Below, piece by piece: positions 1 through 10,127 of a stretch of 64,000 nucleotides of DNA. Each line of letters opens with the position of its first letter. Positions within the stretch are counted from its first letter, which is position 1. The notes below the pieces were generated by a model. That model did no database searches and had not been told where the DNA came from. It worked only from the letters and a program-made list of their open reading frames with translations. The position numbers and the translations under genes were made by a program. Source of the DNA: Nitrospirota bacterium (lineage in GTDB: Bacteria > Nitrospirota > UBA9217); contig CAWJQQ010000006.1 of assembly GCA_963845065.1 (NCBI GenBank), positions 352,001-416,000 on the forward strand, written 5' to 3'.

Positions 1-1614
1 GTTGACGAGGGAGACTCCGGCCTCCACGGCCTGTAGGCCACGACCCATGGCCTTTACGCTCTCTGCCGTTTCCTCCTGTACCGAAGCGATCAGTCCAGAT
101 ATCTCCTGGGTCGACGCAGCCGTCCGCTCGGCGAGGTCCTTGATCTCTTCAGCGACAACAGCGAATCCTTTCCCGTGCTCACCTGCCTGCGCAGCAAGAA
201 TTGCTGCATTCAGAGCGAGCAGGCTGGTCTGATCCGTCACCTCATCAATGACCTTCAGGATCTGCCCGATCTCTTGCGACCGCTTGCCGAGACGGTTCAC
301 TACCGCAGCTGTGGCCTCGACGGTGTCTTTGATATTTTGCATGCCCCGGATCGCCTCGCTCGCGGCGGTGATACCACGCTCCGACGCGTCGCTGGAGACC
401 CGTTCAGCCAAGCGTGACGATTCCATGGCTCGCTGCTCGACTTCCTTGACTGAAGCGCTCATCTCCGTAATCGACGACGAGGTCTGTTCTGCTGAGGCCG
501 AAAGAGTGTCGGTGTTTTCCGATACTTGTTTGATCGAAGCAATCATCTGTTCGATGGCCGTTGCTGTATCCTCAGCGGCAGCGGCAAGGGCACCGGCATT
601 TTTTGCGACTTCCTCGATCGATAATGCCATTTCCGACGCCGAGGTTGAGGCATCTGTTGCCGCCCGGGACATATCGCTGGTGTTTTCCGCAACGCCGCGG
701 ATTGAAGCAACCATTTCATTCACGACCATCGCAGTTTGTTCCGTAGATTCCTGCTGGATGCGAGATCCTTGGCTCATTTTGGCCGTGGCGCCGCTCATCA
801 TAGTCATGGCTTCGCCAAGGCCTCCACCGGTTGTCCTGACCTTGCGCAGCATCTCCGTAAGGTTAGACGACATCGTATTGATGGCGCCGGCCAGATCGGC
901 GATTTCGTTCTGTCCTTTGATCATAATCTCCTGCGACAAGTCTCCTGCCGCCATCTTCCTGGCAGTTTTCAGCATTTCCGCTATGGGCTGTAGCATGACT
1001 TTCATTATGTAGCGAACAATAAACAATAGCAGCAATGTTCCTGCAAGACCCAAAAGTCCAAATATCCACTGTAATTTTTTAATTCTTGAATAGGACGCGC
1101 TGAGGGGTACTTTTATGTCCACAGCTCCTAGGACCGTCCCTTCGGGCACATTGTGACAGCTCAAGCAGTTTCTACCCTGATTATCTCGCTTGGCTATATA
1201 TGGATAAACACCTCTGATGTTGTCACCTTCAATGACAATTTTTTTTACGCCTTTGTCGAGAACTTCCGTTTCTATATCATCTTTTAAATAGCTTTTTTCA
1301 ACCGCGTTAAATTGCTCGTTTAATTTATCTGACCTGATTACTTTCAAATCCATTATTTTCTTCATCTGATCTATAAATAATTTCTTTGAATTTTGAAAAT
1401 CATTACTCAACATCATTGTGGTAAGGGAATTTAGAACAGTATCACTCGTTATTTCCAACGTCGATTTCTCTATCTCTTGAAGAACAATTAATCTCATCGT
1501 GTAGCCTGTAACAAGTACTGAAATAACAATACCAATAAATACGACTATAATAATGGGGTTAGCAATTTTCGAAGATAACGACATATTGCCATTTATAATT
1601 TTTTTTATTAGCAT
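1..1614 (-). CDS. Methyl-accepting chemotaxis protein with periplasmic c-type heme sensor domain (runs off the left edge; not in ORF track)
   Basis: Manual translation from ATG at 1614 (GAGGAG RBS): MLIKKIING..., TM1, periplasmic domain with CLSCH (1153-1167), TM2, HAMP ([19 protein letters not shown]), signalling tip [38 protein letters not shown]. Confidence 0.95.
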   Translation of the reverse strand, partial: MLIKKIINGNMSLSSKIANPIIIVVFIGIVISVLVTGYTMRLIVLQEIEKSTLEITSDTVLNSLTTMMLSNDFQNSKKLFIDQMKKIMDLKVIRSDKLNEQFNAVEKSYLKDDIETEVLDKGVKKIVIEGDNIRGVYPYIAKRDNQGRNCLSCHNVPEGTVLGAVDIKVPLSASYSRIKKLQWIFGLLGLAGTLLLLFIVRYIMKVMLQPIAEMLKTARKMAAGDLSQEIMIKGQNEIADLAGAINTMSSNLTEMLRKVRTTGGGLGEAMTMMSGATAKMSQGSRIQQESTEQTAMVVNEMVASIRGVAENTSDMSRAATDASTSASEMALSIEEVAKNAGALAAAAEDTATAIEQMIASIKQVSENTDTLSASAEQTSSSITEMSASVKEVEQRAMESSRLAERVSSDASERGITAASEAIRGMQNIKDTVEATAAVVNRLGKRSQEIGQILKVIDEVTDQTSLLALNAAILAAQAGEHGKGFAVVAEEIKDLAERTAASTQEISGLIASVQEETAESVKAMGRGLQAVEAGVSLVN

Positions 1615-1895
1615 GGTTCTACTCCTCGCTTTTTCAGTTATAGCACGTCTGCACTTTGAGAAGCATAGACCGCAAATACCTCTACCCTATTATTCAGCGG
1701 TTAGCTTTTCTGCTGCCTCGCCCTGTTCTGTTGCGCTCGAGGACAGGCTGAGAACAGAGCCTTTAACAGCAGTCTCGCAGAGCTGGCTCAGAGTCAGCGT
1801 CTTGGAGGCTTGAGCGACTTTTAAGATCGTTTGTCAAGACGTATGAGGAAAACTGCTTTTCCCCTGAACACGCGCAAATATATTTCCCACGTCGG

Positions 1896-2558
1896 CTACT
1901 TAACGACCGCCTTATGCAGGTCGAGCACAATATATAACTTGTCTCCCTGCCGCACGATGCCGCGTAGAAAGTCAGATCCTTGTTCGACGTGTTCCGGCGC
2001 GGCTTTGATTGCCTGGGGCGGGACCCTGATGACGCTATTCACCCGATCCACTATGAGTCCCACATCTTCATCATCCGTGCTGATTACGATAATACGCGCC
2101 TTTTCGTTCCGTTCCGTCGGCTTGAGGCCGAGCCGAGTACAGAGGTCGATCACAGGCAGCATTGTTCCCCTGAGCGACGTTATCCCCAGTATATAGTCGG
2201 GTGCATTCGGCACTCGTGTGAACTCGCGAATCTTGAGTACCTCCCGCACGTCTGCCACCATCACAGCATACTCCTCACTACTCAACCGGAACGAAAGCAT
2301 TTCAATTTCCTGGGCTTGCGTATCCTCCGGCTCCTTTTCGACAAGAGTCTTCGGTTTTTCCGAGACCATCTGCGGCACATGCTGAACTGCCTGAGGCACA
2401 GCAGATTCCGGGGTCGTTATGGGGGCAGGAGATCCGGTTTTTTGAACAAGCGCTTCACCTGCTGGAGTGATCGGTATATCTCCATTGAGAGCGGCTTCTG
2501 CGGCCTTCTGGGCTTGAGCCCGTTCGGCTGCTTTTTTTCGAGCGGCAAGAATATCCAT
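1896..2558 (-). CDS. cheW: Chemotaxis coupling protein CheW with ~80-aa N-terminal extension
   Basis: SFRLSSEEYAV...VREV...TRVPNAPDYILGITSLRGTMLPVIDL...GLIVDRV CheW motifs. Confidence 0.92.
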   Translation of the reverse strand: MDILAARKKAAERAQAQKAAEAALNGDIPITPAGEALVQKTGSPAPITTPESAVPQAVQHVPQMVSEKPKTLVEKEPEDTQAQEIEMLSFRLSSEEYAVMVADVREVLKIREFTRVPNAPDYILGITSLRGTMLPVIDLCTRLGLKPTERNEKARIIVISTDDEDVGLIVDRVNSVIRVPPQAIKAAPEHVEQGSDFLRGIVRQGDKLYIVLDLHKAVVK

Positions 2559-2656
2559 CTGTAGCTAACGCTCCATTGAATAATACATATTGAAAATGGC
2601 AAATGGTTAATTAATAAATTTGTTCTTTAGCCTTTTCATTTCGCGCATAAACTTCT

Positions 2657-3451
2657 TCACTGATCTCTCACTACGCTTTCAATAATGTCCACGCCAATCG
2701 TCATTGATCCCTTACCGAAGCCTTCGATGAGCGCATTTGCCGCAATATTGTTTATGCGTCGTGGGACGCCTCCAGACTGTTGATACATGAGTGTCAGCGC
2801 CCGTTCATCGAAAAGCGGGGACGCTCTTCCTGCGACCTTAAGCCGGTATTGCACGTAGGCTGTCGTCTCGTCCGCGTCAAGCGGTCCAAGGTGGTATTGT
2901 ATGCTGATACGCTGCCTGAGCGCTTGATAGGGACGAAGCTTCAGCCGCTCACGGAGCTCAGTCTGGCCGATCAGGACGAGAGCTAGGAGGTTGCGGTCGT
3001 CGAGCTGAAAATTCGTGAGTAGTCGCAGTTCCTCGAACGTTGCCTTCCCAGGGATGAGCTGGGCTTCATCGATGATGATCACCGGCCGCTTGCCTTTTTC
3101 GTAGAGTTCGTAGAGTCTTGTGTTGATCCCTTCGAGAATCCCATGCCTGAACCGCGTCGAATCGTTCAAACCAAGGCGAAGCGCTACAGTGCGTAGGAGC
3201 TGCGACGGCGAGAGCCGAGGATTAATGATCAGGAGAGGGTAATAACTCTCATCCAGCGAGTCGATGAATGCGCGGGACAACGTAGTTTTTCCCGATCCTA
3301 TCTCGCCGGTGAGAAGAACAATGTCCTGTTCCTCGACGGCGTGCTGGAGACGTGCGAGCGCTTCCGCATGTTTTTTGCTTTGATACAGAAAACGCGGATC
3401 GGGCGTTTTCCCGAACGGTTTTTCTTTCAGTCCATAAAAATCTACGTACAC
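2657..3451 (-). CDS. ExeA/GspA-family AAA ATPase (stand-alone ATPase domain)
   Basis: N-terminal YVDFYGLKEKPF..PDPRFLY, Walker A GEIGSGKT, Walker B IIIDEAQ, LIGQTEL, SGGVPRRIN. Confidence 0.9.
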   Translation of the reverse strand: MYVDFYGLKEKPFGKTPDPRFLYQSKKHAEALARLQHAVEEQDIVLLTGEIGSGKTTLSRAFIDSLDESYYPLLIINPRLSPSQLLRTVALRLGLNDSTRFRHGILEGINTRLYELYEKGKRPVIIIDEAQLIPGKATFEELRLLTNFQLDDRNLLALVLIGQTELRERLKLRPYQALRQRISIQYHLGPLDADETTAYVQYRLKVAGRASPLFDERALTLMYQQSGGVPRRINNIAANALIEGFGKGSMTIGVDIIESVVRDQ

Positions 3452-3487
3452 AACAGCCCCCCCCAGCCCCTGGTACAGTTGTCACTC

Positions 3488-5491
3488 CTATCTTATCGTA
3501 GATACAATGGTTTTCTTTAGCGTACCTTCGATAAGCGATTCGACATCAAGAACAAGAACCACGCCCTTGCTTTCGCCAAGCTCGGTCGCCCCGGATATTC
3601 CAGGTATGTCAGATAGCCGTTTCCCCAGCGGTTTAATCACGATCTCCTGCTGGTCACGAAGCGCATCGACAATAATCCCAAGCCGTCGTTCGGCAAGTCC
3701 CACGAGAATTACGTAGAAAGCGCCCCGCTTACGACCTTCCGGCAGATTAAACATGCGGCTGACCCGGAGAAGCGGAACTGTGTCGTTCCTGACCGCCATT
3801 ACCTCGCGCCCTTCCACAGTCTCTATCTGGTCCGATGAAGTCTGCAGGATCTCGAGGACAGAGCTGAGCGGAATCGCAAAGAGCTGACCTCCACTCTCGA
3901 TGATCAGTGCCTTGATTATAGCAAGTGTAATGGGAAGTGTGAGCGTGAAGATCGTCCCCTGTCCGGGCTCGCTCTGGATGTCGATCATCCCGGAAAGTTT
4001 TGAGACGTTCCGTTTCACCACATCCATTCCGACACCGCGGCCCGACAGTTCGGTGACGGTGTCGCGCGTCGTGAAACCGGGCAGAAAGATCAGATCAAGC
4101 ATGTCCTTTCGATCGTTCTCGGGATCGAGACCATGGTCCGGTGCAATAAGCCCTTTTTCCACAGCCTTGGCCGCAAGCGCAGCAGCGTCCATACCGGAAC
4201 CGTCGTCCTCGATCGTTATAACCACACGGGTGCCTTTGGGAAAGGCGGTCAGCCTCACGATCCCCTTTGCGGGCTTGCCGATTTGTTTCCGGACATCCGG
4301 CAATTCAATTCCGTGGTCAATCGCATTCCGGATAAGATGCATGAGCGGATCGGCAAGGTCCTCGATCATAAGCTTGTCGAGCTCAGTCTCCTCACCCTGC
4401 AGCTCGAGTTCGATATCCTTTCCCGCTTCTTTGGCATACTTTCGGACCAACTGGGAAAGACGGGTAAAGATCTGGCCGATGGGTACCATTCTGACCTCGA
4501 GAATACCTTCCTGAAGTTCATTCAGCTTCCGTTCAAGGCTACGATGGGCCTTGTGCAGCTCCGCAGAAAAACCCGTGAAACCCTGCAGGGCCCGCAACTC
4601 CTTGCCAATCCTGCCTATAACGTTCTTAAGTAGGTGCATTTCTCCGACGATATTCATAAGATTATCGAGCTTATAGATGTCGACACGAACGGTGTTACTA
4701 ACTGACTTGAGCGCACCAGCATCAGCCTTCGGCTCTTCTGCCTTGCGGCCCTCGGTGTACGATATCTTTTCAATTGTCACACGGGGCATCTTTATTGCCG
4801 AAGCGATAGTTACCTGGTCTTCCTTGGTTCCGATGACAATCGTGAAACTGATGCCTGCCCCCCCGCCTGCCGTAGGCAACGTGCAGATAATCTCGCCGAA
4901 CTTTTTGAGCGTTCCATTGAGATCCTTGATCGATGTTTCAAAATCTGAGAGCTCGAATTCTGCCTTGAGCTGGTAAAGGTTCTTCTGCTCACGTACGCAT
5001 TCCTTGAGCCGGTGCTCCTCATATTCGGTTAGAACCTGCAGGATGCCACGGTCCAAATTGATCTGCTCGGCAAGGGCACGTTCTCGGGCATCGGACGGCT
5101 TTGCCTTGAGGATCGCATCAATGCGCGCCCGAGCAGCCGTTATGTCCTCGAATGGCTGAGATAAACCCGCCTGTTGCACGAGTCTGCCGAGTTGGGACAC
5201 GGTCTCCATCAGGATATCAACTGCATCTCGGCTGAGTCCCACCTTGCCGAGTCGGAGTTCGTCTAGAAGAAACTCAAGTTTGTGAGACAGTTCCGATGGC
5301 TCCTTAAGCTCAAACATGCCCGCAAGCCCCTTGAATGAGTGGATAGCGCGAAACAGGGAATTCACGACATCGGGGTCGATGAGGCCTGCAGCCTGCCCGG
5401 AGTCTAGCGCGAGTAGCGCCTGATTTGCCGACTCTAGGATGTCTTCAGCTTCCGCTAGAAAATCTTTTATGGAACGATCGGTCTTCGACAT
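3488..5491 (-). CDS. cheA: Chemotaxis histidine kinase CheA
   Basis: Hpt LFRAIHSFKG, VRVDIYKLDNLMNIVGE, HLIRNAIDHG, DDGSG, FLPGFTT, SGRGVGMDVV, C-terminal CheW domain; ATG at 5491 preferred (GGGGAG RBS). Confidence 0.96.
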   Translation of the reverse strand: MSKTDRSIKDFLAEAEDILESANQALLALDSGQAAGLIDPDVVNSLFRAIHSFKGLAGMFELKEPSELSHKLEFLLDELRLGKVGLSRDAVDILMETVSQLGRLVQQAGLSQPFEDITAARARIDAILKAKPSDARERALAEQINLDRGILQVLTEYEEHRLKECVREQKNLYQLKAEFELSDFETSIKDLNGTLKKFGEIICTLPTAGGGAGISFTIVIGTKEDQVTIASAIKMPRVTIEKISYTEGRKAEEPKADAGALKSVSNTVRVDIYKLDNLMNIVGEMHLLKNVIGRIGKELRALQGFTGFSAELHKAHRSLERKLNELQEGILEVRMVPIGQIFTRLSQLVRKYAKEAGKDIELELQGEETELDKLMIEDLADPLMHLIRNAIDHGIELPDVRKQIGKPAKGIVRLTAFPKGTRVVITIEDDGSGMDAAALAAKAVEKGLIAPDHGLDPENDRKDMLDLIFLPGFTTRDTVTELSGRGVGMDVVKRNVSKLSGMIDIQSEPGQGTIFTLTLPITLAIIKALIIESGGQLFAIPLSSVLEILQTSSDQIETVEGREVMAVRNDTVPLLRVSRMFNLPEGRKRGAFYVILVGLAERRLGIIVDALRDQQEIVIKPLGKRLSDIPGISGATELGESKGVVLVLDVESLIEGTLKKTIVSTIR

Positions 5492-5606
5492 TTCTCCCCG
5501 ATTCAAATACAGTATTTGATGATCGGAATTCGGAATACAGGATCGCATCGTCGGTATGTTGCATGGCCGTGCTTCTCAATCCGCATACCGTAATCACTAA
5601 TACACA

Positions 5607-5981
5607 TTAAGCTTTCCCTTCCAATACTCTCATGACGATGGCCATGAGATCTTCCTTTTTGAATGGCTTTACAACATATCCGGAAGCCCCGAGGGCAAGC
5701 CCCCTTTTTTTATCTTCCTCCGTTTTTTCCGTACTCACGATGATGAGTGGGATCGTGCTGTACTCGGGGTTCGATTTTACGTAACCAATGAGCTCCAGGC
5801 CGTTGATGTCGGGCATGTTGATGTCGGTGATTATCAGGTCCAGGTGTTGCATAGGGAGAGCCTTGAGCGCCTCAAATCCATTCCCTGCTTCGGCCACAAA
5901 AAAACCACCCGCCTCCTCGAGCGCCACACGAATCAATGAACGAATGGCTTTGGAATCCTCAACGACAAGCACATTCCTCAT
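5607..5981 (-). CDS. cheY: CheY-like single-domain response regulator
   Basis: VLVVEDS, LIITDINMPDING, YVVKPF; adjacent to cheA. Confidence 0.88.
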   Translation of the reverse strand: MRNVLVVEDSKAIRSLIRVALEEAGGFFVAEAGNGFEALKALPMQHLDLIITDINMPDINGLELIGYVKSNPEYSTIPLIIVSTEKTEEDKKRGLALGASGYVVKPFKKEDLMAIVMRVLEGKA

Positions 5982-7147
5982 GGTTTCTCCTTCTGTAGTT
6001 CTGCAATCCGCTTTTCGAGCAGCGTCTTTTCCAGAGCCATACCTGCCTGGTTCATAAATATCTCAAGGGCGTCAACACCTCGGATAGGCTTGTGATCAGG
6101 AAGGTTGTCTCCGTACACGACCAGCGCGATCTTGCCGTCAACGATCAGTGGTATCGCCAGCACGGAAACGGGTAGGGTGCCGCCGAGTTCGCTTGTCAGA
6201 AAGGCATTGCACTCATTCTGTTCCAACTCTCCAACGTAACTGCGACGCGAGTCTATTACGGTAAGAAACAGGGAGGGTTTATTCAGCGGAATTTTGATGT
6301 TCCTAACAACCTGGTCCGCAGATTTGCCTTTAAGTTCTATGCCGAACTGGCCCAGGCCTCGGACTTCATTTTTTTTCACCATGAACAGTATCGCCCTGTT
6401 CACAACCTCGCTTGCATAGCGGAGAATAAGGAGCGTAACCTCCGCAGTCGCGGTTGGAAATCGGAGTTCGTCGAACATGGATTTGAGAGCGGCGAGGTCG
6501 CGGCGAGGTTCTTCTTTTTCAATCCTAGTCCGGAATTCTTCCCTGGCTGGTTCATAGCTGGGAGGGTGAACAATCGATGGCTTTGGTGGCCGGGCAGTTA
6601 TCGGTTCAGACCGCGAACCGAACGGTTTTCGTTCGCCTTGCCGCCTCTCATCGAGCAGTCGCGTGCCTTCCATGAGCAAGTATTCAGCGCTAATCCCCGA
6701 CTTGAGGAGGAACTCCTGAGTGTCGATTTCGATCTTGTCCTTGGGCGCAATCTCACCGAGTTCGAAGTTGAAGAATCCTTCCTCCCACGCAAGTAGGTCA
6801 TAGACTATCTCCTCGATCTGTTTCCGAACAACGCTTTCGAGCTTCTGCGTTGATACAGCCCCCATTTCCACGAGGATCATGCCGAGGGGCTTGTCGGTTT
6901 CCCTTTTCTGCAAAGTCAACGCATGCGACAACGACGCTTCGGCCAGCATACCCTGCGATACGAGAATATTGCCGAGTGAGTCCCGGATGTTATCGCTTGC
7001 AGCCTGTATCACCTGACCATCTTTGAATACGACCATACCCGTCCCTTTACGGCTTCGTACAACAAGGGTACCGGTTTTTTTGCTCAGACTGATAATCTGG
7101 AAGATATCAGGCAGCGCAAGATCTTCCAGCCTGCCGACAAGGCTCAT
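5978..7147 (-). CDS. DUF4388 (PATAN-like) domain protein with C-terminal GAF-like domain
   Basis: MSLVGRLEDLALPDIFQIISLSKKTGTL...FKDGQVIQA...LLAWEEGFFNF...LLMEG; C-terminus VLAIPLIVDGKIALVVYGDN...LEIFMNQAGMALE. Confidence 0.8.
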   Translation of the reverse strand: MSLVGRLEDLALPDIFQIISLSKKTGTLVVRSRKGTGMVVFKDGQVIQAASDNIRDSLGNILVSQGMLAEASLSHALTLQKRETDKPLGMILVEMGAVSTQKLESVVRKQIEEIVYDLLAWEEGFFNFELGEIAPKDKIEIDTQEFLLKSGISAEYLLMEGTRLLDERRQGERKPFGSRSEPITARPPKPSIVHPPSYEPAREEFRTRIEKEEPRRDLAALKSMFDELRFPTATAEVTLLILRYASEVVNRAILFMVKKNEVRGLGQFGIELKGKSADQVVRNIKIPLNKPSLFLTVIDSRRSYVGELEQNECNAFLTSELGGTLPVSVLAIPLIVDGKIALVVYGDNLPDHKPIRGVDALEIFMNQAGMALEKTLLEKRIAELQKEKP

Positions 7148-7177
7148 GCAATCTCCCTAATAAGCATAATCCCCGAA

Positions 7178-7205
7178 ATTATAGCAGTTTAAGTAAAAAA
7201 TGCAA
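7178..7205 (-). promoter_or_regulatory. Putative sigma-70 promoter of chemosensory cluster 1
   Basis: Minus strand TTGCAT-N16-TATAAT with extended -10 TG, ~30 nt before the ATG at 7147. Confidence 0.5.
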
Positions 7206-7531
7206 GGTTAATTAATCAGTTAGGACAGCTGGCGATGAAAAAAATGGTGGTTTAAGGGATGACGCAGTCGCTTACAAGAGAGACTTCCTTGTTCGTAGAA
7301 TTCCCTATAAAATGCTGGGAGTGTAAAACATTGTGGCGGTTACTCCCTTCAATCTTCCCTCCGTCTTTTCTTCCTCGGTTCTTACGTTAAGAAGCATCGG
7401 TTTTGTTAGATTGATTCAAATATATTATTCCCTTGAAAAGGCAAATAATTACTAACAAGGCACCGAGACACGGAGGAAACCCATCACCTTTTTTAAAAAT
7501 GGGACAGGTATTCTCTTAAAAATATATTTAT

Positions 7532-7651
7532 CACCTTTGCCATAAAAACCTCAGTTCTTTAAAACTGGGGATGAAGGCTGCTCATAGCGAAGCGTTAGCT
7601 GAATCGCCTATGCTTGACCGGAGACCACGGGCTTTAGCCCGTGTGTGGTTC
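7532..7651 (+). mobile_element. Non-coding IS200/IS605-type miniature element (PATE-like)
   Basis: Hairpins CCTCAGTT-ctttaa-AACTGGGG (7549-7570) and CACGGGC-ttta-GCCCGTG (7626-7643) resemble IS200/IS605 ends; preceded by TTTAT; no ORF; boundaries approximate. Confidence 0.6.
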
Positions 7652-7809
7652 TTTGCAGACCTGTGATTTTATGAAATCTCTGTAATCTTCCTAGGAATCA
7701 ATGTATTACATGTGTCTTTGATTCACCCATGTTTTGTGCATTTTACCAACAGCAGGGGATTCTTTCTGGTTGCCAATCCTTATTAAACGAAAAGACGAAA
7801 GACCTTGTA

Positions 7810-8307
7810 TTACGTACTCCGGTAATTGTCGAACTGCAACTCGATCCCGAAATCTTTCCCTTTCAAAAGCGTGATGACTGATTGGAGGTCGTCCCTGCTC
7901 TTACCAGATATACGAACTTGGTCCGCCTGAATCGACGCCTGCACCTTGATCTTGGAATCCTTGATTGATTTCACGATTTCCTTGGCTTTATCCGTTGGAA
8001 TGCCTTGCTGCAGTGTCAGTCGCTGACGCACTGTGCCTGCGAGTGCCGCTTCTACCTTGCCATACGATACGTTCTTGATTGGCACGCCGCGCTTCACAAG
8101 CTTGTTCTGCAGGATATCGATCACGCTCTTAAGCTTGTACTCGTCATCAGAAATGATCACGAGCCCTTCCTTTTCCTGCATTATATCCGATTTGCTGCCT
8201 TTGAAATCAAAGCGCTGGCTAATCTCCTTTAGTGTCTGGGTGACCGCGTTAGTCACCTCGGACATGTTAATCTTTGAGACAACATCAAACGAGTTCTCTG
8301 CAGCCAT
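7810..8307 (-). CDS. yajQ: YajQ family nucleotide/c-di-GMP-binding protein
   Basis: SFDVVSK...RFDFKGSK...[41 protein letters not shown]...LQFDNYR. Confidence 0.93.
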   Translation of the reverse strand: MAAENSFDVVSKINMSEVTNAVTQTLKEISQRFDFKGSKSDIMQEKEGLVIISDDEYKLKSVIDILQNKLVKRGVPIKNVSYGKVEAALAGTVRQRLTLQQGIPTDKAKEIVKSIKDSKIKVQASIQADQVRISGKSRDDLQSVITLLKGKDFGIELQFDNYRST

Positions 8308-8439
8308 AGATCCTCCTGGAAGAAACATACAGTACTTAACAGAGTAAATAGGGAAGCGCGAATATTTTTTTTACCTTCACCGGTCAACGAATTACCTTTT
8401 ACGGCTACCCCCTCCTACCTTCTGTCTGCCACTTACTGC

Positions 8440-9102
8440 TTACTGATCTATTATCTCCGTCCCTTTTGGTATTTTAAAAGAAAAAAGCCTGCCATCAACT
8501 GAGGCCCCCTCTTGTACGTCTGAAAATATAATTTCCGTCTTGTTCCCTGACTTATCGGAAATCGTAATATTCGAAATGCGGCCTTTTTCATCTGTCACGA
8601 GGTTCAGCTTTTTCATAGCCGCACCCGGCTTCTTGGGCAAGAGCTCCAGCGACAAGGGCGATTTCGGGTCTGGCTGGACCACGTCGAAATCTTCCCTCAT
8701 GCTGGCAGCACCAAACAAGAACGTCACAGGAACATTCATCTGTTGCACGTCCGCAAAGGTCTTCTTAATCAACTGTTGACTTTTTTTTGAATAGAACAGG
8801 GCGGTCTTGCCGTCAACCATGAGCACCTGGCCGTTCGTGTAATCAATCCGGAGCTTGCCCGGCTTTGTCATCCAAAGCGTGCCTTCGAACGTTTGCGTCT
8901 TGCCGATTGCTTTGAGGAGGTTCTTCTGCGTCACCTTGGCCGTTAAGCTCTGCACATCGCTATAGTGGTTCTCCACAAGGGAGACAACTTGTTGAACGGT
9001 CTGAGCATGTGCAGGTCTTACTACAAGGGTCAGATAGGAAATAAAAAAAATAATGACTGAATTAAAAATGAGCTTATTCGATGCAACCAAATTTGTGGAC
9101 AT
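8440..9102 (-). CDS. lolA: Outer-membrane lipoprotein carrier protein LolA
   Basis: Signal peptide ending AHA, KPGKLRIDY, VDGKTALFY, FSFKIPKGTEII; downstream of ftsK; ATG at 9102 has GGAGG RBS. Confidence 0.85.
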   Translation of the reverse strand: MSTNLVASNKLIFNSVIIFFISYLTLVVRPAHAQTVQQVVSLVENHYSDVQSLTAKVTQKNLLKAIGKTQTFEGTLWMTKPGKLRIDYTNGQVLMVDGKTALFYSKKSQQLIKKTFADVQQMNVPVTFLFGAASMREDFDVVQPDPKSPLSLELLPKKPGAAMKKLNLVTDEKGRISNITISDKSGNKTEIIFSDVQEGASVDGRLFSFKIPKGTEIIDQ

Positions 9103-9192
9103 CCCTGCCTCCAATGATAAAATTCTACCATAAAAAAAGCCTTCCAAGAAGACTAAAAGAACGACCCAACAACTACTAAAATCTCAGCGCTC

Positions 9193-9969
9193 TCATTTGC
9201 ACTTCCACTGTGTGTACAGTTTTTCAAGGCTTCTCTCATCGACAAGGACGAGAAAGCCGCCACCGCGATGAAGGGTGACGAGCACGCCATAATCCTGAAG
9301 TTTCGCAGCTGTGGCAACTTCCGCAGCTGAATTCCACACCTCATTAAGATTACACAATCGTTTGCCCCTCGCATCATTGAAATGTTCGCGAGCATCGCTT
9401 CGCAACCGGACGATATGAATATGGAGTTGGTCCTGGGTTCTTGACCCTGGTGGGTTGATCACAAGTGCGATGGTATCTTCTTTTGCAATGCGCTTTCGCG
9501 CAATGGTCCATGCCTTACCCCAGATATTGGCAGGACGCTTTGGATCTTCAATGCCGGTGATCTGTGCGCGCGGAATAATGAGGCCATGAACAAAGTCGGA
9601 AGGACAGCCGCACATTTTTCTGTCGCGAATCACGACGTAATCGGCGGTCTCTTCCCAGACATCCGTCGTTGCCTTACAATCGCGATTCTGAGCGCAGGGG
9701 CTTTCGAGTCTCGGGGCAGGGCAATGCTGGCAATAGTCCGGTGCGTGGATATCGAGACAGCTTGAGACGATGGTGAGAAGAGCATCCCGAGATTCTGTGG
9801 CACATGCACTCTCTGATATAGATAGAGCAGCGGCAAGCAAAAGGTAGAGGAGAATTGCATGTATATAACGAAAAGAAAGTAAGCGCAAAGGACTCCTGGT
9901 TACTGTCGCGTGCTTGCAATAAGGCCGGCAGAGATATCCGATCCTCTGGAGGATAAACTGGTCCGGCAT
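9193..9969 (-). CDS. CDP-diacylglycerol diphosphatase (Cdh)-like exported HIT-type hydrolase; start uncertain
   Basis: LIIPRAQITGIEDP, ALVINPPGSRTQDQLHIHI motif; hydrophobic signal-like segment. Confidence 0.7.
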   Translation of the reverse strand: MPDQFILQRIGYLCRPYCKHATVTRSPLRLLSFRYIHAILLYLLLAAALSISESACATESRDALLTIVSSCLDIHAPDYCQHCPAPRLESPCAQNRDCKATTDVWEETADYVVIRDRKMCGCPSDFVHGLIIPRAQITGIEDPKRPANIWGKAWTIARKRIAKEDTIALVINPPGSRTQDQLHIHIVRLRSDAREHFNDARGKRLCNLNEVWNSAAEVATAAKLQDYGVLVTLHRGGGFLVLVDERSLEKLYTQWKCK

Positions 9970-10127
9970 TGATTTTTGCTCTGGTGTTTTAAATTACTTA
10001 CGTATCAGCAATTGTGAAAGATTAGACCTTGATAGACACCTTGTCGTTCTTTTTTAATTTGCTTCTAAGGAGCTCATCCTGTCTTTTCGGTGATCACCCT
10101 GGCGAACACACCTTCGTTGATTCGCGT

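Noticed and set aside
248..1012. 254-aa + strand ORF and the many other ORFs antisense to cheA, ftsK, glgP, rnj, valS etc.
   Set aside because: Antisense shadows of well-supported genes on the opposite strand; no motifs of their own
1615..1895. Possible c-di-GMP riboswitch upstream of the MCP
   Set aside because: Could not find the GGCAAA...GACGCAAA-type consensus on either strand
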